Shown: positions 57,897 through 64,000 of the stretch, piece after piece
Layout of the letters: each line of letters begins with the position of its first letter
How positions within the stretch are numbered: the first letter of the stretch is position 1
Source: a virus
Strand: one strand, 5' to 3'
IMG/VR virus record: IMGVR_UViG_3300006916_000044
Span: 1 to 64,000 of that record
Length of the DNA stretch: 64,000 nucleotides
Notes under the pieces: generated by a model
The model's input: the letters and a program-made list of their open reading frames with translations, nothing else
What the model was told of the DNA's origin: nothing
The model's database searches: none
Translations under genes and position numbers: made by a program

Positions 57897-60359
57897 ATGA
57901 AAAAATTTTTATTTATAGTATTTGCAATGATTGCACAAATAGCTGTGTCTCAAAACTCATATGTAGTTATAGAAGCACAGTATGATTCATGGGGACCTGC
58001 AGAATCTCAATTTTATATTACAGATGCTCAAGGTGATACCGTATATCATCATCAACCTACAGTGCAAAGTGAATATTTATTAGATACTTTATTTATAAAT
58101 GCACAACCTCTTACTGCTATTCTTTTAGATCAATATGGAGACGGATGGCAAGATACAGGCATGCAAGGTTATTTTAGAACATGGAATAACTGTCAAGATA
58201 CAATAGTAGAATTTATATCTTCACCTACAAATTACTTTGCTACAGAAATAATAAACTTTAATTTGGGTCCATGTCAACCAAACGGACCTCCACCTCCACC
58301 ATGTTTACCTGCAGTAGTTATAATTAATTTAGATCAGTATCAATCAGAAACGTCTTGGGAGATTACTGATACTTTAGGTTTTGTAGTAGCATCAGGTAGT
58401 GGTTATGGTTCACAACCAGATTATGGAACTGTTGTTGTTCCTGTATGTTTACCACAAACGGTATTAAATTTTACAATATTTGATTCTTATGGGGACGGTT
58501 TAAATGGTTCACTTTGGCAAGGTCAAGATGGATCTTATTTTGTTAAACAATGTGGTGATACATTAGTATATGGTACAGATCCAGCTTTTGGAACAGATAG
58601 TACACACGTATTTGCTATTGATACATGTCCTCCTATATATGGATGTACGGATGATGATTATGTAGAGTGGAACCCGTTTGCAGATACTGATGATGGTAGC
58701 TGTCAAACATTAAAAGTTTTTGGATGTATTGACTCAACAGCATTTAACTATGATTCTACTGCAAATACAATGGACCTTGTTCCACAATGTGAATTTACGT
58801 TAGTGTTGCATGATCTTATGGGTAATGGTTGGGTAGGATCACACTTATCTTTAGAATTACCTGACACTTCTTTCTCTTTTACGCATACTGGAGGTTTTAA
58901 TGATGAATATCAATTTACTATAGATGCACCAGATCCTGCCGTGTTTAGATTTCATATATCTCCACAGGCAACACTAACTACTATAGAATGTGGGTTTACG
59001 CTTATGAATCCAGAAGGTGATACATTAGTTAGTGTTCAACCTCCATTTATACAACCTTTGTTTCCATATTCTTTTATTACTAATTGTGGTAATACATGTA
59101 TAGAAAAAGTTTTTGGTTGTACGGATAGTCTTGCTTTAAATTATTATGATGAAGCTAATACAGATGACAGTTCTTGTTATTATGTGGCAGGGTGTATGAA
59201 TCCGCTGTATTTAGAATATGATACAACTGCTGATTTTGATGATGGATCATGTGTAACTTTAGTTGTTGCAGGATGTATGGATTCAACAGCACTTAATTAT
59301 GATCCGTTAGCAAACGTAGAAATACCAGGGTCATGTATAGCAATAGTAGAAGGATGTATGAATCCTTTAGCATTTAATTATAATCCTAATGCTAACGTTG
59401 ATGACTCAACATGTATACCTGTTATAGATGGTTGTACAAATCCTATAGCACTTAATTATGATTCAACCGCTAATACAGACGATGGCTCTTGTGTATTACC
59501 AATACCAGGGTGTACAGATCCTAATGCACTTAACTATAATCCACAAGCAAATGTAGATGACTCAAGTTGTATAGATATAGTTTATGGTTGTACAGATGCA
59601 TCAATGTTTAACTTTGATCCTTTAGCCAATGTAGATAATGGATCATGTATACCTTTTGTTTTTGGTTGTACAGATTCTACTATGTTTAATTTTAACCCAT
59701 TAGCAAATACAGATGACAATAATTGCATTCCTTTTATTTATGGTTGTACTGATCCAGTTGCGCTCAACTACAATCCGTCAGCTAACACAGAAGATTTTAG
59801 CTGTATTGATTATATTTACGGTTGTACTGATAGCACTGCCATTAACTATGATCCGTTGGCTAATACTGACAATGGTTCTTGCATTGAAGCAATCCCAGGT
59901 TGCATGGATCAGACGGCATGGAATTACGAGTCTTACTATAATGTTAATGATTCTCTTTCTTGCCTGTACGATGCTGGTTGTATCACTGGCCCTGGAAATC
60001 CTTATTGGTTAAATGATGGATGTTATGCTTGGGTAATTGATGTAGATGATTATTGTTGTGAGAATGCATGGGACGCATCATGTCAAACAATGTATGATTA
60101 TTGTGAGTTAGGATGGCCAACAAATTTAAATGATATGTCAGTTATAGGAATTGTAGTTTATCCAAATCCAACATCCGGTATATTAAGAATTGAAACTAGA
60201 TTAAATATAGAAGTTCTAGTAATTGATATGCAAGGTAAAATAATTATAGAAGAAGAAAACATAAATACAATAGATCTATCAACTTATTCAAAAGGAATTT
60301 ATAACTTAAAGATAACAACTGATGGAAAATCATTTATTAATAAAATTATAAAACATTAA
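57897..60359 (+). CDS. Secreted Cys-repeat protein with T9SS type A C-terminal sorting domain
   Basis: Signal peptide MKKFLFIVFAMIAQIAVS/Q. DxYGDG beta-sandwich domains. 13 GCxD/N repeats. CTD VYPNPTSG..IDMQGK..IDLSTYSKGIYNLKI..KIIKH. Confidence 0.88.
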   Translation: MKKFLFIVFAMIAQIAVSQNSYVVIEAQYDSWGPAESQFYITDAQGDTVYHHQPTVQSEYLLDTLFINAQPLTAILLDQYGDGWQDTGMQGYFRTWNNCQDTIVEFISSPTNYFATEIINFNLGPCQPNGPPPPPCLPAVVIINLDQYQSETSWEITDTLGFVVASGSGYGSQPDYGTVVVPVCLPQTVLNFTIFDSYGDGLNGSLWQGQDGSYFVKQCGDTLVYGTDPAFGTDSTHVFAIDTCPPIYGCTDDDYVEWNPFADTDDGSCQTLKVFGCIDSTAFNYDSTANTMDLVPQCEFTLVLHDLMGNGWVGSHLSLELPDTSFSFTHTGGFNDEYQFTIDAPDPAVFRFHISPQATLTTIECGFTLMNPEGDTLVSVQPPFIQPLFPYSFITNCGNTCIEKVFGCTDSLALNYYDEANTDDSSCYYVAGCMNPLYLEYDTTADFDDGSCVTLVVAGCMDSTALNYDPLANVEIPGSCIAIVEGCMNPLAFNYNPNANVDDSTCIPVIDGCTNPIALNYDSTANTDDGSCVLPIPGCTDPNALNYNPQANVDDSSCIDIVYGCTDASMFNFDPLANVDNGSCIPFVFGCTDSTMFNFNPLANTDDNNCIPFIYGCTDPVALNYNPSANTEDFSCIDYIYGCTDSTAINYDPLANTDNGSCIEAIPGCMDQTAWNYESYYNVNDSLSCLYDAGCITGPGNPYWLNDGCYAWVIDVDDYCCENAWDASCQTMYDYCELGWPTNLNDMSVIGIVVYPNPTSGILRIETRLNIEVLVIDMQGKIIIEEENINTIDLSTYSKGIYNLKITTDGKSFINKIIKH
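59115..59963 (+). repeat. Tandem array of 11 ~26-aa GC(T/M)(D/N)xxAxNY..A..D..SC repeats
   Basis: Counted in the translation; ~78-bp periodicity with degenerate DNA sequence. Confidence 0.9.
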
Positions 60360-60362
60360 ATT

Positions 60363-60722
60363 ATGAAGACTAACAACGGAAGAGATAACATCTTAAACGA
60401 TATTAACTCTGCAACAACAGAAGCTATATCACCAAGTGGTACTGTATATATAGGAGCAACAGGAGAAAAATATGAAGCTATTAATGGAACTTTTTTTGCA
60501 TTTACAGCTCTTGAAAATGCTACAATAGATGCAAGCAGGTCTACAACAAACATACTTACTAAAGGTGCTAGTACAGGAGATCCTCTTATTAAAAATGTTA
60601 CAGCTGACATGACTATACCTGCTGGTGTAACAATATATGGAAACTTTTTAAGTATTGAATTAACTGCTGGTAAAGGTATAGCTTATTATAAAGATATGAC
60701 AACAGCTAAAGCAAGTTTCTAA
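60363..60722 (+). CDS. Small beta-rich putative structural protein
   Basis: 119 aa, TIPAGVTIYGNF..IELTAGKGIAY. Confidence 0.5.
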   Translation: MKTNNGRDNILNDINSATTEAISPSGTVYIGATGEKYEAINGTFFAFTALENATIDASRSTTNILTKGASTGDPLIKNVTADMTIPAGVTIYGNFLSIELTAGKGIAYYKDMTTAKASF

Positions 60723-60723
60723 A

Positions 60724-61518
60724 ATGAATATTCTAGGTTTAGGTTTAGGTATACACAAAGGTTCTACTGGTACTGCTAGTAGCGTATTAACTCCTGCAGA
60801 AATTGCAGGTGGTGCTGATATTTGGTTTGATGCTACTCAAAGAGAAAATGTTACAGAAAATGGTGGTAGAGTTACTAGTGTAAGAAATTCTGGAAATCAA
60901 AGCAGCCAACCTAATCCTGGTGTAGTAGATTGGGTTTTAAACTATATAGGTACAGAAGCAGCTTATGAGCAGACTGGTGGACAAAACAATTTACCATTTT
61001 TAAAATTTACTGGTAGTGAGTCTTTTCAAATAGAACAGACTGATAATCTTGGCACTGCTGCAAATGTGAATTATGGTACAGAATATACAATTATGATAAT
61101 TCAAGATGTTGGAGGAACAGGAACAACAAGAGGAGTAACAGGTGCAAGAAACCCTAATGGATTTGTGTGTAGGTTTAATAATTCTGATGTTTTAATACAG
61201 TCAGTATATAATAGTTCTTCATTAGCAAGTGATTCAATTCTTCCAACAGGAGGTCAAGGTTTTGGTATTATTACATGTAATACAAGTGATACAAATAATA
61301 CAAATAGTGTTAGGTTTAATGCACAGTCTAATGCTCCTGCTACTGTAAGTGGAACTCCTGTAAGTACAAGTAATATTTTTGTAGGTAAAGGAAATAATAC
61401 TACTCAATTTTATGAAGGTAATATATATGAGTGGGCATTATTTAAGTCATCTTTATCTAGTGCTGATTTAGATTTATTAGATGCTTATGTTCAAGACAAA
61501 TATAATTTTACATATTAA
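60724..61518 (+). CDS. Concanavalin A/LamG-like virion decoration or fibre-tip protein
   Basis: N-terminal LGLGLG; IWFDA..GGRVTSVRN..; FYEGNIYEWALFKSSLS..YVQDKY. Confidence 0.6.
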   Translation: MNILGLGLGIHKGSTGTASSVLTPAEIAGGADIWFDATQRENVTENGGRVTSVRNSGNQSSQPNPGVVDWVLNYIGTEAAYEQTGGQNNLPFLKFTGSESFQIEQTDNLGTAANVNYGTEYTIMIIQDVGGTGTTRGVTGARNPNGFVCRFNNSDVLIQSVYNSSSLASDSILPTGGQGFGIITCNTSDTNNTNSVRFNAQSNAPATVSGTPVSTSNIFVGKGNNTTQFYEGNIYEWALFKSSLSSADLDLLDAYVQDKYNFTY

Positions 61519-61519
61519 G

Positions 61520-62569
61520 ATGAAATATTTATTATTCATATTAGCTTTTTTTAGTTGCATGTCAGCAAACGGTCAGGTATTTAAAGATTTTTTTAAGTAC
61601 TCTACTTTATATTCATCAGTTAACGGTGGTAATTCAATATCAGACCAGACAGTATACGATGTTGCTACAGGTACTTTATTAAATGATGTTATAGAAACAC
61701 CATACAATTATACGTTAACGTTTGGGATTAGAAAGATTCAGAGATTTCAATACGAACCACAGTTACCATTTAAAGATGGTACAGAGACATCATTTAACGA
61801 TGCAGCTACTATAGGGAGAGTTAAGAAAGGTTTTGAGTATTTATTTGAGGTTGATTATGCGAGGCAACAGGGAATAGAGTTTATAAATCAAAATCACTTT
61901 TTACGATACAACACAACAAGATGGTTAGCACGTGTAGAATATTTACAAGACGGTTTTGCAGATATAAAATATTTTCAAGGTTCACAAAGATTAAGGATTA
62001 ATTCAAAGGGTAAACTCTCTTTTAACGTGGGGGCATGTCAGAGAATTTCAGAGCCCTATGGATTCAATCCGCTTGAACAATGGATGCTACCTAATGGATC
62101 ATTACACTATACACAATTGGCCCTAGATCAAGGTTACAATGTAATCTTTGACGGAGAAGGCGGTACAGAATATACTGATCCATCAGGCGCTACCGTTGCA
62201 ACAAGTAAAGAAGTGTGGGAAGCAGTAGTGGTTCCAGAAATGCTAGTTGACTATGTTGCTGCTGAGAGAAACAAATTACCTGCTCAATGGGTTCATTCTC
62301 TTATTATAGGTTTTGATTATTATAAGTATACTAAAGATATATGGATTCATGCTTGGGGTAATGTACTACCTTATCACTATAATGACGGAGGCACATATTC
62401 ATATCATAACTTTAATGATGGAGAACAATGGTATGACTATTCTGGCGGTATGATTTTTGGTTATAAAGTAACAAGAAATCTTGGTGCGTTTGTAGAAGGT
62501 AAGTATAATAAATACTGGGACAGAGAATGGTATGATTTCAAATTTGGTATTAACTATAAAGTGTTTTAA
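61520..62569 (+). CDS. Outer-membrane beta-barrel protein
   Basis: Signal peptide MKYLLFILAFFSCMSANG/Q, alternating aromatic strands, C-terminal beta-signal FKFGINYKVF. Confidence 0.75.
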   Translation: MKYLLFILAFFSCMSANGQVFKDFFKYSTLYSSVNGGNSISDQTVYDVATGTLLNDVIETPYNYTLTFGIRKIQRFQYEPQLPFKDGTETSFNDAATIGRVKKGFEYLFEVDYARQQGIEFINQNHFLRYNTTRWLARVEYLQDGFADIKYFQGSQRLRINSKGKLSFNVGACQRISEPYGFNPLEQWMLPNGSLHYTQLALDQGYNVIFDGEGGTEYTDPSGATVATSKEVWEAVVVPEMLVDYVAAERNKLPAQWVHSLIIGFDYYKYTKDIWIHAWGNVLPYHYNDGGTYSYHNFNDGEQWYDYSGGMIFGYKVTRNLGAFVEGKYNKYWDREWYDFKFGINYKVF

Positions 62570-62571
62570 TT

Positions 62572-62709
62572 ATGGCTAAGAAGAAAAAAACAAAGAGTAA
62601 AAAAGATGCATGTTATCACAAAGCTAAAGCTAAGTACAGAGTATTTCCTAGTGCTTATGCTAGCGGATATATTGCTAAATGTAGAAAACGTAGAGGTAAG
62701 ATAAAGTAA
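62572..62709 (+). CDS. Small Lys-rich protein, DACY..PSAYASG..CR motif (DUF5872-like N-terminal half, 45 aa)
   Basis: Translated by hand: MAKKKKTKSKKDACYHKAKAKYRVFPSAYASGYIAKCRKRRGKIK. TAATG-coupled to 62709. Confidence 0.75.
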   Translation: MAKKKKTKSKKDACYHKAKAKYRVFPSAYASGYIAKCRKRRGKIK

Positions 62710-62981
62710 TGGCAGTTAGAAAAACAAAAGCAGGAGCTAATCTTAAACGTTGGTTTAAAGAGAAGTGGAAAGACGAAAAGGGTAATCCTTGTGGTTCTTC
62801 TAAAAATAAGAAGACTAAAAAGTGTAGACCTACTAAACGTGTTAGTAAGGAAACACCTAGAACATGGGGCTCTTTATCTAAATCACAAAAAGCTAAAGCT
62901 GTTGCTGAGAAAAAGAAAGTGGGGATGGGCCGTAGAACTAGTTCTATCAGAAAAGGTAAGAAAAAATCTAAAAAGAAGTAA
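62709..62981 (+). CDS. Lys-rich protein, LKRWFKEKW..CRPTKRVS motif (DUF5872-like)
   Basis: Motif recognition. Confidence 0.7.
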   Translation: MAVRKTKAGANLKRWFKEKWKDEKGNPCGSSKNKKTKKCRPTKRVSKETPRTWGSLSKSQKAKAVAEKKKVGMGRRTSSIRKGKKKSKKK

Positions 62982-62983
62982 TT

Positions 62984-63247
62984 ATGGCAAGTAAAAAGAA
63001 AGGTGCAATGAAAGGCTGTTCTATTAAGAATGGTTGCAAAAGTAAAAAAGGTGGACTTACTGCTAAGGGCCGTAGAATGATTAATAAAAAAACTGGCTCT
63101 AAACTTAAAGCTCCACAACCAGGAGGAGGTAAACGTAAGAAATCATACTGCGCTAGATCAGCCGGTCAGATGAAAATGCATAACGTTAACTGTAGTAAGA
63201 CTCCAGATAAAAGAATTTGTAAAGCAAGAAGACGTTGGAAATGTTAA
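62984..63247 (+). CDS. Lys/Arg/Cys-rich small protein (GGLTAKGR..SYCARS..RRRWKC; DUF6321-like)
   Basis: Motif recognition. Confidence 0.65.
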   Translation: MASKKKGAMKGCSIKNGCKSKKGGLTAKGRRMINKKTGSKLKAPQPGGGKRKKSYCARSAGQMKMHNVNCSKTPDKRICKARRRWKC

Positions 63248-63248
63248 G

Positions 63249-63434
63249 ATGGCAAAGAAAAAATTAGACATAAAAAAAGCTATAAAAAAGCCTGGCTCAC
63301 TAACAGCTGCAGCCAAGCGTAAAGGTATGACTATAGCACAATACTGTAAGAACCCGCCTAGTAAAAAGGCCGGTTATAGATGTAGATTTGCTAAGACACT
63401 TAAAAAGATTAGTAAAAAACGTAAAAAGAAATAA
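63249..63434 (+). CDS. Lys-rich small protein (IKKAIKKPGSL..FAKTLKK)
   Basis: 61-aa ORF tightly packed with its neighbours. Confidence 0.65.
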   Translation: MAKKKLDIKKAIKKPGSLTAAAKRKGMTIAQYCKNPPSKKAGYRCRFAKTLKKISKKRKKK

Positions 63435-63436
63435 TA

Positions 63437-63886
63437 ATGCCTGTAACAACAAACCCTGTATATGCTTTTAGTACTAGATTAAGTACAACTAGAACATGGC
63501 TCCCTATTGATGGGATTGGTGCGTCCGGAACTCCAACAACTGGAGAGGATAGTGCAAAGTTTGCTACTCTTACTGTTACTAACTCAGGCTATTTAGCTAA
63601 TGATAGAGCTACTCCAATAATCTTTCATATTGCAATCTGGAAGAGATCTTTGCTTGCAGCTAATAATACTACTTTAATGGGGGCAGCAAATCAAATGGTA
63701 TTTATTAGAACTAAAGTAAGTCTAACAGGTAATAATGATGTGTTTGAATTAAAAGACTTATATATAGATAAGTTTGTTCCTAATGATTCAACACCTGAAG
63801 ATGAACCTTTAGTTTGTATTTGGATAGAAGCTACATCAGGATCTGGTGAAGCAAACGCATCATTAGATGTATGTTTAACAAGATAG
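63437..63886 (+). CDS. Hypothetical beta-rich protein
   Basis: 149-aa ORF in the operon. Confidence 0.55.
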   Translation: MPVTTNPVYAFSTRLSTTRTWLPIDGIGASGTPTTGEDSAKFATLTVTNSGYLANDRATPIIFHIAIWKRSLLAANNTTLMGAANQMVFIRTKVSLTGNNDVFELKDLYIDKFVPNDSTPEDEPLVCIWIEATSGSGEANASLDVCLTR

Positions 63887-63888
63887 TT

Positions 63889-64000
63889 ATGTGGAAATTA
63901 TTTAAAGATGAAAATGATATAAATGAAAAAGCCATAGTTGGCTTTGCTTCTTTTGTGCTAATGGTAATATTTGCAATATGTGATTTAATTACTGGATGGT
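63889..64000 (+). CDS. Membrane protein, possibly holin (3'-truncated)
   Basis: Translated by hand: MWKLFKDENDINEKAIVGFASFVLMVIFAICDLITGW; open to the window end. Confidence 0.55.
   Translation, partial: MWKLFKDENDINEKAIVGFASFVLMVIFAICDLITGW

Noticed and set aside
59115-59963. CRISPR array or DGR template/variable repeats
   Set aside because: The repeats are in-frame protein repeats with synonymous divergence. There are no identical DNA repeats with spacers and no reverse transcriptase in the window.
57897-62569. Host chromosomal contamination explaining the T9SS and barrel genes
   Set aside because: They are interleaved at 1-3 nt spacing with typical phage genes (LamG-like, Lys-rich small proteins) in one operon. 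Read-level confirmation is still advisable.
59713-63118. ORFs 59713-60012, 60356-60610, 62675-63118 and 62791-62994
   Set aside because: They overlap better-supported genes in other frames; their hydrophobicity simply mirrors Lys-rich or repeat codons.
1-64000. Stop-codon reassignment (TAG/TGA) as in some crAss-like phages
   Set aside because: Genes up to 15 kb are uninterrupted in the standard code, and TGA (4529) and TAG (22709, 63886) act as real stops before intergenic gaps or new starts.
1-64000. tRNA/rRNA genes, integrase, transposase
   Set aside because: Intergenic gaps are short and none showed a cloverleaf; no such protein motifs were recognised. tRNAscan was not run.

Overview
AT-rich, densely coding fragment of a lytic tailed phage, most consistent with a crAss-like phage (Crassvirales) infecting Bacteroidota. 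It reads in the standard genetic code. Host evidence: a TAnnTTTG promoter, Q-rule signal peptides and a T9SS sorting domain. Gene order on the + strand: Cys-rich adhesin/structural genes, metallophosphoesterase, HU/IHF-like protein, two tail ring proteins, a 2756-aa tail stabilisation (muzzle) protein with VWA and lectin-like insertions, four ejection/cargo proteins, a 5148-aa virion RNA polymerase polyprotein (GADFDIDK) and a 1846-aa cargo protein. A short - strand block encodes a class II ribonucleotide reductase and an acyl-CoA thioesterase. A final + strand block holds membrane, exported and small Lys-rich proteins. Two candidate novel systems stand out. (1) Injected cargo polyproteins are divided into modules by a recurring K/Q-x-G-G/T-E motif and carry effector-like domains (zincin, Wnt/lipocone-like, pre-toxin-like, R-S-E ADP-ribosyltransferase, beta-barrel-like); the RNAP polyprotein also carries a NADAR-like domain. 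(2) A phage-encoded host-envelope cassette comprises a membrane protein, a Cys-less exported thioredoxin, a T9SS substrate and an outer-membrane beta-barrel; the T9SS substrate shares a GCTD repeat with the phage's own putative adhesin. A conserved 16-bp motif, GTAWATTAWWWAYGTA, precedes four + strand operons. All family calls come from motif recognition by eye; no database searches were run, and internal domain boundaries are approximate.
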